This document shows, in pieces, positions 11,386 through 21,747 of a stretch of DNA of 64,000 bases. The position numbers were made by a program, and so were the translations under genes. The notes under the pieces were generated by a model. That model made no database searches and was not told the origin of the DNA. It saw only the letters and a list, made by a program, of their open reading frames with translations. The DNA is from an uncultured cyanobacterium (GTDB taxonomy: Bacteria > Cyanobacteriota > Cyanobacteriia > Leptolyngbyales > Leptolyngbyaceae). The stretch spans positions 1-64,000 of the forward strand of contig CAVYAN010000021.1 in assembly GCA_963766075.1 (NCBI GenBank). Direction: 5' to 3'. How positions within the stretch are numbered: position 1 is the stretch's first letter; the number at the start of each line of letters is the position of its first letter.

Positions 11386-12063
11386 ATGCCTCCCGCGTCC
11401 CTGCGGATGATCCCGACGTCGATTCCAAGTGGTCCGGCTCGGTGCCTCGTGTGACGTTACCCGCGAACACCTTCGGCGATCTTTATCGCTTGACCGTTGA
11501 CGAGTACGAACGGCTGGCCGAGGCGAACGTGCTGCTCGACCGCAGGGTCGAGCTCATCGATGGCGACCCGGTGAAAAAGATGACAACGAAACCACCCCAG
11601 GTCTGGGCCGTTGACGCGGCGCGTGAAGTCCTGGATCGGCTTCGTTCCGAGCGGATGGGACCTCCGTGAGGAGAAGCCGGTTCGAATCCCCGATTTCGAC
11701 GAGCCGGAGCCCGACCTGGCGGTCGTCTCGGGCACGCGTGACGATTACGCAGATCACCACCCGGGCCCCGGCGATATCGGCCTCCTGGTCGAGGTCGCCG
11801 AGTCGAGTCTCGCCTGGGACCGGGGAGCCAAGCTGGCCGCCTTTGCCCGCGCCGGCGTTTCCGTCTATTGGATCGTCAACCTGATCGACCGCCAGGTCGA
11901 GGTTACGCTGATCCCCAGCCAAGCGGCTACTATCGCAACTGCCGCATTTACCGGCCGGGCGACCAGGTGCCGCTGGTGATCGCCGGGTTGAAAGTAGGAG
12001 CGGTTCGCCGTCGACGACCTTCTGCCTCCGATCGCGGGCCCACTCAACAGGAATTTCGAGTAG
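11386..12063 (+). CDS. Uma2-family (DUF820) endonuclease, frameshifted
   Basis: YRLTVDEYERL, RVELIDG, EPEPDLAVV, LLVEVAESSLAWDRGAK and YWIVNL. Confidence 0.85.
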
Positions 12064-12371
12064 GGCGATCACGGCCTCGTCATCGACGCCGGGCGATCCA
12101 CCCGCTGCTGGCCACGTTTCGCTCCGCTCCGATGAAAAATCGGTGGCCGAGCACCACCTATGCTACTTTCGGACGGGTTCGTTTCCGCGACGGCATCTCC
12201 GCCCGAACGCCGGCTCGGTGTTCGGGTCTAAGGATTTCTCGAACGGACGTTCCGTCGGCTTGAGGAAACCCTCTTGACCTGGTTCAAGATCTGCATCGGC
12301 CGCGGACCCACTTGGCGTGCCGTCCCCGTGATGGTGACGCGTTCCTTTCCCGGGAGGATTGGTTTTTCCAA

Positions 12372-13431
12372 ATGTTCGATAGACTGTTTTATCCAAATGC
12401 CCGGGGCGGCGGAGCCGCGCGATGCTCTTCACAAATGCTAACGCTCAATTTCGAAGCCCTGGAAATGAGGCTTGTCCTGTCGTCGACGTACACGTGGACG
12501 GGTGCGGGTGCGAATAGCAACTGGTCAACTGCCGCTTAACTGGATGGGCGGAGCCGTGCCCTCCACCGGAAGCATTTTGGTATTCGGAACCGGCAAGTCT
12601 CAACTGACCAACGTCAATGATATCGTCGGCCTGAGCGTTGCAGAAATCCAACTGGCGGGGGGCTACTCGATATCAGGAAAGGCGGTCACCCTGACCGGAT
12701 CTGGTGGCGTTGGGATTGATAGTCAGAGCAACACGAACACATTCAACAACCCGATCACGCCGGGCCGCGAAGCCTGACCTTCACGGGGAGGCCGGTCAAC
12801 TAACCCTGGGCGGTGTGATCAGCGGGTCATTCAACCTGACGGAAGGAGCCGCTGGGACCACCGGGACGTTGATCCTCAGTGGGGCCAACAGTTACACCGG
12901 CACGACGACCATCATGCTGGCACCCTCGGCATCGCGGCCGACAATAACCTGGGTACCGCCCCGGGTTCGGCTACCGCCGGCTCCCTGACCATCAACGGCG
13001 GCACGCTGGCGACCACGGCAACCTTCACGCTTAACGCCAAACGTGGTATCAGCCTGGGGGCTTCCGGCGGCACTATCGACGCGGCGAGCGGCACCACCCT
13101 GACCTACACCGGCATCGCCGCCGGTACAGGCAGCCTGACCAAAGTCGACACCGGTATCCTTGTCCTCGGCGGCGCCAACACCTACAGCGGGGCGACGACC
13201 ATCAGCACCGGAACGCTCAAGGACGGCGTCAACAACGCGCTGCCTTCCGGCACGACATTGACGGTCAGCGGCACGGGCACGTTCGACCTGGGGGGCTTCG
13301 CACAGACGGTCGGCGGCCTGGCCGACGGTGGCGTCAGCACCGGCACCGTGACGGACAGCGGCGCCGCCGCGACCTTCACGGTCAACGCCGCCGCCTCCAA
13401 TAGCTTTTCCGGTCTGATCACTAACGGTGCC
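12372..13431 (+). CDS. 5' part of a planctomycete surface protein with autotransporter-associated beta-strand repeats, truncated at the junction
   Basis: Planctomycete N-terminal motif FEALEMRLVLS, YTWTGAGANSNWSTAANW, and repeats LILSGANSYTGTTTI and LVLGGANTYSGATTISTGTL. Confidence 0.8.
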
Positions 13432-13520
13432 TCATCTGGGGGGAAATATTGGTTTCCTTCTACCACTTCGCAGCGATTGCTCTCTGCGACTACAACACCA
13501 TTCCAAACAGCCTTCGGCAT
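13432..13520 (-). pseudogene. 5' fragment of a DUF427 protein, truncated at the junction
   Basis: MPKAVWNGVVVAESNRCEVVEGNQYFPPD then runs into the antisense strand of the planctomycete gene. Confidence 0.8.
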
Positions 13521-13826
13521 AGAAAATGTTCTCCTAATCTTTAGTGCAAGTGAATATCTAGTTTAAGCGAATTGCCCATGGGGAATCTGCGGCAGTGTTT
13601 TTTGCTTGTCCGTTTGGCTGGGTTCGTTGAGCAAAAATTCCCCACGGCTTTTTGCCATGACAGTGTTCAGTGTAGCTTTTCCTGGAGTGCCTGGGGCGGC
13701 TGAAGCGCCGATGGGGAGAGGGCCATGCTTGGCTAGAAACGGTTGCTAGCAGAATAGGTGGAGCTGTTTTTGCAAAAACTGGCCGCTAACTTCATAAAGG
13801 AGCGTAGCCTGCTAAGCAAGTCGTCG

Positions 13827-13915
13827 AGATAACGGTGCCCATTACCCGCCGCAAATAACCTTTGGATTACAACCGATAGCTTTCGGTGGTTGGCGTGCAT
13901 GGGCGTTGTTTATGC
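13827..13915 (-). other. Integron attC-like recombination site
   Basis: The minus strand reads GCATAA(A)C-AACGCCCATGCAC...GGGTAATGGGCACC-GTTATCT: R''/R' boxes with inner inverted arms, about 40 bp downstream of the DUF5615 stop. Confidence 0.65.
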
Positions 13916-13957
13916 GGTATTTTCCACAGATGCCAACAGCAGGTCTTTTGCAGCTTT

Positions 13958-14311
13958 TCAAAATGGAACCGTCATAATCTGATTGATCCATTCCTCCGCC
14001 ACAGATACTTCCCACACCAGGATGATTGCATCAATCGCCGTACTGACCGGAAGATTCTGTGAAAGAATCAGAATACCGGGGCTTGTTTGCGAGGTGATGA
14101 ATTCGCCAAACTCCGTATGCATGGTTTTGCGATCATGCGTGACTAGCACCCTGCCGTCTCGTGCTGCAATTGCTAAAACTTCTGGATCTTTTATTCCTTC
14201 AAGTCTTGCTTCATTAGCTGACTGAAAATCCAGATTGGGCTTTCTGCGGATTGTGCCAGTCACCATGGCTTGTCTGAGATCGGCATCGGCTTGAAATCGA
14301 ATTTTTGTCAT
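13958..14311 (-). CDS. DUF5615 PIN-like toxin (VapC45-like)
   Basis: MTKIRFQADADL...DPEVLAIAARDGRVLVTHDRKTM...SPGILIL. Confidence 0.85.
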   Translation of the reverse strand: MTKIRFQADADLRQAMVTGTIRRKPNLDFQSANEARLEGIKDPEVLAIAARDGRVLVTHDRKTMHTEFGEFITSQTSPGILILSQNLPVSTAIDAIILVWEVSVAEEWINQIMTVPF

Positions 14312-14648
14312 GCTGCATTCCGCTTCTGAGCTTGTGCCGCTTTCAATTTTTATACAATTTTGATACAACAGAGGACTCTTTTCCTGACAAGACTGTTGTA
14401 ACCCCTTAAACTCGGCTTCGCCCTCTTCCAAATACGCATCCACAAGCTCTCGATTGGCAAGATAGAAAGTGATTCCACCATAGACCTGTTCTAGCGAAAG
14501 GAGCGGGAAATTTTGGGCAATACTTTCTGGTGATTCTCCATTTAAAAGGAATCACAACTGAATCGAGAGAAATACGCGTTCCTTCGAGCCAATATCCGTT
14601 CTCTCGCTGTTCAATATAATGCTTGGTCAAGGTAAGTGCTAACGTCAT
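14308..14648 (-). CDS. DUF433 antitoxin, frameshifted
   Basis: YIEQRENGYWLEGTRISLDSVV, then GESPESIAQNFPLLSLEQVYGGITFYLANRELVDAYL. Confidence 0.85.
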
Positions 14649-14871
14649 AGAGGTAACCATTACTGACTACGTAAATTTCCAACGGAGAGCTGCTGGTTGT
14701 CTAGGGTTGCTTGCGTCAGGTTTCGCGAGGCTCTATCTACCCGATAGGATTCAGCTAAGGCTACACCCATCAACCCTTTGGCACTAACCTCATATTAACC
14801 CAGACCAAAGCGGGTTAATCATACGGCTTTGGTCGTGCGTCCTCCGAATCGACGAATAAGGCGAGTGAAAT

Positions 14872-15061
14872 TGGGGTGGGCAACGCTTGAGATTTTTTGT
14901 GGGCGGTGCCTACCCTACTGGCTTGGGTTATGAAGTCGGTGCCACCTGTAATTCCAGGTCTTCGATAGTCGGGCATGAGAGAATGCAGGTCAAGGATTAA
15001 TGTTAGGATGCCCAACAAACCCAACAAAAGGGTGCGTTTGCTGTTCAGCAACGCACCCTAC
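14872..15061 (-). mobile_element. Remnant of a REP-associated tyrosine transposase (RAYT) locus: two GTAG-type REP hairpins flanking the first ~19 codons
   Basis: GTAGGGTGCGTTGCTGAACAGCAAACGCACCC (15061-15030) and GTAGGGTAGGCACCGCCCAC (14918-14899) flank MPDYRRPGITGGTDFITQ (ATG 14976). Confidence 0.6.
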
Positions 15062-15097
15062 AAGATCGGCGATCGCACTACAAGATCGGCGATCGCA

Positions 15098-15280
15098 CTG
15101 GAAGTCCTGAATGGTGTCCGGGCCTTCACCGGATGCCAGGACAAAGCGATCGCTGCCATTGCCCCCATTCAGAGTGTCGTTGCCCGTGCCACCCCGCAAC
15201 ACATCATCCCCATTGCCGCCGATTAGGCTGTCATTGCCTGCCCCACCGCTGAGGGTGTCGTCGCCCTTGTCGCCGAACGG
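15098..15280 (-). pseudogene. Orphan RTX/hemolysin-type Ca-binding repeat fragment
   Basis: [58 protein letters not shown], without a coherent N- or C-terminus. Confidence 0.75.
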
Positions 15281-15430
15281 GGCATCCATCACCATCGTTG
15301 CCGAAGAGGATGTGCTGCGATTGCAGTTTAATTTGGTATTAGACCTCACGCAGATCGAGTTCGAGGAGTGGGGCGATTGCTCGTCGGGGACTTCGTTTGC
15401 GAGATCGCTCCGCTCCTACCCCTTTAGACT

Positions 15431-18400
15431 TCAAAGGGCTTCCACTTCGAGTTCGTATTTGGTGTTACCGCTGACCTGACGCACCTCAATAAAGTACGTG
15501 CCCGCCAGCAGACTCAAGTTATTCAGCACCTCAGAGCGGTTTCCTGCATTGGTAGACGAAGCCACCACGGTTCCGTTGCTATTCAAGATATAGACATCGG
15601 CATTGGCAGCAAGATCGCCGAGCGTCAGCTTGAACTTAGTTGTTGCTTGAGTGAGGGTGAACTGATAGCGATCGACGGGGTCACTACTGCTCACGGTTCC
15701 CTGCACTTCAATCTCTTTCTTGCTTAAGTTCCCCAGATCCCGTGCGACTTGCAGGGCGATCGTCTGAGTGGTCGTCTTAGCACCGCCGCTGCCTACGTTG
15801 CCATTGTCGTTCACCCTCACCGTCAGGTTGGTGTTCCCGGAGAAGGTGCTGCCACTGTAACGGAGGGTCGCCAGTGCGGCATTGATTTGGGTCAGGGTGC
15901 CGGTGAGGGTCACGCTGCCTGTATTCAAGCCAGTTGCCGTTGCCCCGTTGAGGTTGGTCAGGTTGAGGCTACCGTTGGTGACGGAGAGGGTGGTTGTTAG
16001 GGTTCCAGTGCCAGCATCCACATCGGCGATGCTGATGCCACTGATAGCGGTGCCGCCCGATTGCACCCTGACGCTAGTAGGAGCCGCGATCGTGGGCGCA
16101 TCGTTGACGGGCGTAATCACCAGGTCAAAGGTGTCGGAGACAGGCAAGGAGCCATCGGACGCAGTGACTTTAATCGATAGGGTGCCATTGAAGTTGAGCG
16201 GTGGAGTGCCAGAGAAGGTGCGGGTGGCCGCGTTGAAGCTGAGCCAACTGGGCAATGGAGTGTCATTCGCCAGCGTTGCGCTTAGGGTAAGAGTGGAATT
16301 GTCCACATCGCTGAAGCTGTTGGCAGGAATCGTGAAGGACACTGCCGTATCTTCGGGACTGCTTTGATCACTCAGCAAATTAGCGACTACGGGTGCATCA
16401 TTGACGGGGGTAATCACTAGGTCAAAGGTGTCAGAGACAGACAAAGCTCCATCGGAGGCGGTGACTTTGAGTGCCAGGGTGCCATTGAAGTTGAGCGGAG
16501 GAGTGCCAGAGAAGGTGCGGGTGGCCGCGTTGAAGCTGAGCCAACTGGGCAATGGAGTGTCATTCGCCAGCGTTGCGCTTAGGGTAAGAGTGGAATTGTC
16601 CACATCGCTGAAGCTGTTGGCAGGAATCGTGAAGGACACTGCGGCGTCTTCGGGGCTGCTTTGATCCGCCAACGCCTGGGCAACCACAGGCGCATCATTG
16701 ACGGGGGTGATACTAAAGCTGGCCGTGGCATTGGCGGTTTTGGGATCGGCAATGCCACTGGTGGTGCCGTTGTCTTGAATCGTGTATTGGAAGCTGGCGG
16801 GGCCGTTGTAGTTGGCGGTGGGGGTGAATTCGATATTGGTACCGTTAATGATGGCAGTGCCGCCGACCACATTACTCACAGCAGTAATGGTGAGGGTTTG
16901 ACTACTTTCATTAGCAGGGCCAGCGCTATCGTTACTGAGCAAACTTGCAAAGGAAATGGTGCGCACGCCAGAATCTTCGGCAATATCGGTCAGGGTTTCA
17001 CCCGTTGCTGTGGGGGCATCATTCACCGAGGTGATATTAAAGCTGGCCGTGGCATTGGCGGTTTTGGGATCGGCAATGCCACTGGTGGTGCCGTTGTCTT
17101 GAATCGTGTATTGGAAGCTGGCGGGGCCGTTGTAGTTGGCGGTGGGGGTGAATTCGATATTGGTACCGTTAATGATGGCAGTGCCACCGACTGCATTACT
17201 CACAGCAGTAATGGTGAGGGTTTGACTACTTTCATTAGCAGGGCCAGCGCTATCGTTACTGAGCAAACTTGCAAAGGAAATGGTGCGCACGCCAGAATCT
17301 TCGGCAATATCGGTCAGGGTTTCACCCGTTGCCGTCGGCGCATCGTTGACGGCGTTGACGTTGATGGTGACGGTGTCCGTGTCGGTGAGACTGCCGTCAG
17401 TGGTGGTGAGGGTGAGGGTGGTGTAGGCGGTGCCGTTGGCGTTGGCGGTGGCGGTGTAGGTCAGTCCTGCCAGAGCCGCGTTGATTTGGGTCGTGGTGCC
17501 GCTGAGGGTGACAGAACGGCTGCCGTTATTGGTAATGGTGGCACCGCCGCCTGTCGTTGCACTCAAGCTGCCCGTACCGCTGGTGACGGAGACTGTGGTG
17601 GTGAGGCTGGTGGAGTCATCGGTAATGGAGAGGGCGTTGCCGTTGGCGCTGGAGAAGACGAGGGGGGTGTCTTCGTTGGTGGTTTGGGCCGCCGGGACGG
17701 CATTCACAGGGGCGCTATTGGGAGTGGAGGTATTGAGTAACACCGAGACACTGTCGGAAAAACCGTTTGCGGTCGCCAAGTCCAGCTTGCCATCGCCGTT
17801 CAAATCCGCGATCGCCAACTCGACGGGACCGCCGCCCACACCAAAGTTGGTGGCGGCTCCAAAACTGCCCGTCCCCGTGCCCAACAGCACCGAGACGTTG
17901 TTGGAAAACCGGTTTGCGGCCGCCAAGTCCAGGTTGCCATCGCCGTTCAAATCCACGATCGCCACGGATTCGGGACCGCTGCCCACACCAAAGTTGGTGG
18001 CGGTGCCAAAACTGCCCGTCCCCGTGCCCAACAGCACCGAGACGTTGTTGGAAACACTGTTTGCGATCGCCAAGTCCAGCTTGCCATCGCCGTTCAAATC
18101 TGCGATCGCCAAGTCGTAAGGATTATTACCTACACCAAAGTTGGTGGCAGTGCCAAAACTGCCCGTCCCCGTGCCCAACAGCACCGAGACGTTGTTGGAC
18201 TCCTGGTTTGTGGTCGCCAAGTCCAGGTTGCCATCGCCGTTCAAATCCGCGATCGCTACAGATTCGGGACTAGCACCTACGCCGAAGTTGGTGGCGGTGC
18301 CAAAACTGCCCGTCCCCGTACCCAACAGCACCGAGACGTCGTTAGATCTGGCGTTGGCGACTGCCAGATCCAGGTTGCCATCGCGGTTCAAGTCCCGATC

Positions 18401-19414
18401 GCCACGGAGACGGCAAAACGACCTGTCGCAAAGTTGGTAGCGGCACCAAAGCTTCCCGTCCCCGTGCCCAACAGCACCGAGACAGTATTGGTGGTAAAAC
18501 CGTTTGCAATCGCCAAATCCAGGTTGCCATCGCGGTTCAAGTCCGCGATCGCCACAGAGAAGGGAAGGCTGCCCGCGCCGAAGTTGGTGGCGGCACCAAA
18601 GCTTCCCGTCCCCGTACCCAACAGCACCGAGACGTTGTCGGAAAAACTGCTTGCAATCGCCAGATCCAGGTTGCCATCGCCGTTTAAATCTGCGATGGCA
18701 ACGGATTGGGGGGTATCAGCCACCACCGCAAAGTTGGTGACGGGGGCAAAGGAGAGGGCAAGCAACCCAGCATAGGGCTGCATTAGCGAAATGTTCAGAC
18801 TATCCGTTGCTTCAATACTGCCTGTGGCAAACTCCAGACTCCAGATCCCACCCAGGGCACTGCTACCCGTCAGGTCCGTGGAGGCGGCTACATCCGCTCC
18901 GGTCAGTGCTGCAAGCTGCTGCACAAAACTTTGTCCCGTGGCATCTGCCGCCACATCACAGCCGTAGAGCAACAGATCGGCATCCGGCAGAGAGCGAATT
19001 TGACCAGGACTGCAAGAGTCCGGCGTAATCCATCAGGTTGGCGGTATTCAGGCTGGTGCTGCCCAGTTGCAAGACACCATCGCCGCCGTGGGAGAAAATG
19101 GCAATACTAGAAACATCACTGTAACCGCTGAGGACTTGGGTAATCTGGGCAATGCCATCCCCGGTTCCCAGTGCATACACCGCCGTCCCCGGCTGCAATC
19201 CGGCCATCAGGGTTTGGGCCTCGCTGAGGCTGCTGTCGATGAAGGCGATCGCCGTCCCAGGGGCCGAACTGCCACTGAGCATCCCGGGGACAGGCAACGA
19301 ATCCGACAACAGGGAGCCAGGTCCGGTGTTTGCAGGGGCGAATCCAGCATTGAGGGGCGATGTGGTATTGAAGGCGATCGCACGAGAATCTGAGGCCGGG
19401 GCAGTGATCCACAT
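15431..19414 (-). CDS. Large secreted adhesin: DUF4347 + 7 FG-GAP repeats + cadherin-like/Ig repeats + putative Ig (He_PIG) x2 + C-terminal PPC-like domain, with two frameshifts (~18970, ~18390)
   Basis: DUF4347 (IAFIDSS...IFSHG...LYGCDVA...[10 protein letters not shown]), [11 protein letters not shown] repeats, VNDAP-delimited repeats, [18 protein letters not shown] and DRYQFTL...GTYFIEV. Confidence 0.88.
16100..17340 (-). repeat. Near-identical intragenic tandem duplications (297 bp x2, 324 bp x2)
   Basis: Identical blocks recur at 16204/16501 (297 bp, 99 aa) and 16791/17115 (324 bp, 108 aa). Confidence 0.9.
17740..18750 (-). repeat. ~147-bp FG-GAP repeats x7
   Basis: GCCATCGCCGTTCAAATC-like units at about 17789, 17936, 18083, 18230, 18376, 18526 and 18673. 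Confidence 0.9.
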
Positions 19415-20158
19415 CAAAATATTGTCTCCGCATTCAAGAATGGTATAGAGCAAGGTGAAAAGCAGTCGTGATCGGTTCGGCGCGATCGGTTCGGTATCCC
19501 ATTTCTTGGGCATCACACCGTCCCCTACCGGGCTGGCCAGCAGGGTAAAAAAGAGAACGGTGGAGCCAGCCGGAAACGCTTTGCGGAGACGAGCTAATCC
19601 TAGGTTAGAGAATATCGTGAGAGCCGGATTTCTTCTAGCTCTCTTCTAGCTCTCTTAATGAAAAATTCAAGAAAACCATCCGTATATTTACTTAAGGTTC
19701 ATGATTTTTGATGACGAGGGGCGATCGCGCCATGCTCACTGTAGTTGGCGAGCGAGATTCGGGATTTCATCGAGATTGGGGTCAATGAAATTTAAAGATT
19801 CTGTGAGATTCAGACCATCCCCGTGATTTCCTGGACTCGATTTTCTGCAACGGCAATCGCCAGAACGACTCGGACGATCGTCAGACTCAAGTAAACAAAA
19901 TCACATTTGCGTCAATTGTCGGCGGCAATTTATTGACGTCTATTACAGAAACAGCAAGGGCAAGACATCGGCCGACCACATACTCCATTAATTTTCCTGC
20001 GCTCTAATCTAACGACTTGGCCTGACTGTCTGTCCACCCAATTCGCTAATTCGGGTACTTGGCCCGACTGTCTGTTAGCCGTGCGATCGCGGATAAATTC
20101 CTTTGGTAATCAACCGATGCACACTTGAAAACTGCCATTCTGTTGGCACTTGCACAAT

Positions 20159-20231
20159 TAATATGAGTAATATGAGTTCTCGAATATTGAATATGAGTTC
20201 TCGAATATTGATTACGGGTTCTCGAAACTTG
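20159..20231. repeat. Tandem 21-bp repeat AATATGAGTTCTCGAATATTG (two exact plus partial/degenerate copies)
   Basis: Seen directly. Confidence 0.8.
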
Positions 20232-20301
20232 ATCTCAAGCCATTGGGGGATAGCAACCCCGCAGAAATGCCTGTCCACCCCAAATTTGCTCAAAATAGGG
20301 C

Positions 20302-20330
20302 TTGCAAAGTGCGGCGCGATTCGGTATTCT
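20302..20330 (+). promoter_or_regulatory. Sigma70-type promoter
   Basis: TTGCAA-N17-TATTCT, just upstream of a structured leader. Confidence 0.6.
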
Positions 20331-20336
20331 CTTGCG

Positions 20337-20526
20337 TTAAGGTGAGTGCGCCTAGGTTTAACTGCGCTCACCCAGACGCCCAAAAGCCTCTGCCATAAAA
20401 CGCGATCGCCCAGTGTTTCCACCACCAAGCGATCGCTAACCCCCAAGCTGATTCGGCCAGCATGGCGGCTTGTCACATTTTACAAGCCACCCTGCTCTGC
20501 AACGCATCGGGGTGGCTTTGGTTTTT
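20337..20526 (+). ncRNA. Putative structured 5' leader/sRNA ending in an intrinsic terminator
   Basis: Hairpins GGTGAGTGCG/TGCGCTCACC, GCGATCGC-19nt-GCGATCGC, GGCTTGT/ACAAGCC and AAGCCACCC/GGGTGGCTT followed by TGGTTTTT. Confidence 0.5.
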
Positions 20527-20565
20527 GGGTCTTCTTCCCCCACAAAAAACACAAGGAGACCCATC

Positions 20566-20838
20566 ATGACCACTCAACCGCCGAGTGATAGAAACGATTG
20601 CCCGTCCTCTGTTAACGATTCGGCCTCACGCGATCGCGACTTCATCACCGACCTCACCACCCTCGGCAACGAATGGGTCAACATCACCCTTACCGGCTCC
20701 CGCCCCGCCGTCCGGGCCATGGTCAACCTGCTGCACCAAGTCAACGTGATCGGTGCCAGTGAATGGAGCAAAGCCATTGCCATCAAATCTACCCCGGTGA
20801 TTATCCGCGTTGCCTCTCGGGGCATGCGCACGGAATAG
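20566..20838 (+). CDS. Small conserved cyanobacterial hypothetical protein
   Basis: AAGGAG RBS and ATG at 20566. ITLTGSRPAVRAMVNLLHQVNVIGASEWS resembles a recurrent cyanobacterial small-protein family (GS-x2-AV...LH...EWS). Confidence 0.65.
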   Translation: MTTQPPSDRNDCPSSVNDSASRDRDFITDLTTLGNEWVNITLTGSRPAVRAMVNLLHQVNVIGASEWSKAIAIKSTPVIIRVASRGMRTE

Positions 20839-20993
20839 TCCAGGGAAAATCAGCAGCGCTGCGATCAATCCCCTGTCGGAGAGCGATCGCAGCGCTGACA
20901 CCGACGCCTGTCCAACGTGGAGGTTCGCGCCGATCTTGCGGCTGGGCGATCTGGCTGTGAAATTCAGGAACTAGGAAATCGCTTGGAGGGCCA

Positions 20994-21629
20994 CTATTGC
21001 GTACCAAATAGGCGATCGCCCGCGTCTCCCAACCCCGGAACAATATAGCCGTGTTCGTCTAACCCCACATCAATCGCCGCCGTATAGACCGGAACATCGG
21101 GATGCTCCTCGTGAAAATTGCGAATGCCTTCCGGGGCCGCTAGTAGGCAGATAAATTTGAGGGACTTGGGATTGGTGGATTTAAGCCGGTGAATGGCAGC
21201 AACGGCAGAGTTGCCCGTGGCCATCATCGGATCAACAACCAGCATGTCCCGCTCTTCAATGTCATGGGGCACCTTGAAATAGTATTCCACGGGGATCAGG
21301 CTACCGGGATCACGGTATAGGCCAATGTGGCCCACCCGAGCGGACGGGATCAGTTGCAGCATCCCGTCTAGGAGCCCCTGTCCAGCCCGCATAATCGAGA
21401 CAATCACGAGTTTCTTGTCCGGAGCCAGGACAGGCGCTTCCATTGTGGCGATCGGGGTTTGGATGGTTTCGGACTTCAGCGGCAGGTCACGGGTGACTTC
21501 ATAGGCCAACAGCAAGCTGACCTCGTGCAGCAGAGCGCGAAATTTGGCCGTGCTGGTTTCAGTCCGCCGCATCAAGGTGAGCTTGTGCTGAATCAGGGGA
21601 TGGGTAATCAACGTAACATTGGGGAACAT
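20994..21629 (-). CDS. upp: Uracil phosphoribosyltransferase
   Basis: [36 protein letters not shown] and [17 protein letters not shown]. Confidence 0.97.
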   Translation of the reverse strand: MFPNVTLITHPLIQHKLTLMRRTETSTAKFRALLHEVSLLLAYEVTRDLPLKSETIQTPIATMEAPVLAPDKKLVIVSIMRAGQGLLDGMLQLIPSARVGHIGLYRDPGSLIPVEYYFKVPHDIEERDMLVVDPMMATGNSAVAAIHRLKSTNPKSLKFICLLAAPEGIRNFHEEHPDVPVYTAAIDVGLDEHGYIVPGLGDAGDRLFGTQ

Positions 21630-21747
21630 GGAGAATCGGGGGAATGAAGGAGCGCAGGCAAGGGGGCGTCGGCGGGGCGAGGCGAGGGAGGAATTAAAAT
21701 TGGAAATTAAAAATTGGAAATTAAAAAATCTGACTGGAAGACGGCCC

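Noticed and set aside
1..13431. Mass pseudogenisation or programmed frameshifting
   Set aside because: Indels hit nearly every gene regardless of function, which is more consistent with low-coverage long-read error.
13182..13566. Apparent DUF427/autotransporter fusion ORFs (13182..13520 - and 13258..13566 +)
   Set aside because: They are read-through artefacts of the junction at about 13,431.
13958..14443. 161-aa ORF fusing the DUF433 tail to DUF5615
   Set aside because: It is probably caused by an indel. The toxin likely starts at ATG 14311.
16661..17740. Long antisense ORFs over the adhesin and other genes (e.g. 3559..4554, 60870..61712)
   Set aside because: They are shadow frames of well-supported genes on the opposite strand.
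17740..18750. Regularly spaced repeats resembling a CRISPR array
   Set aside because: They have a 147-bp in-frame period encoding FG-GAP domains, with no unique spacers and no cas genes.
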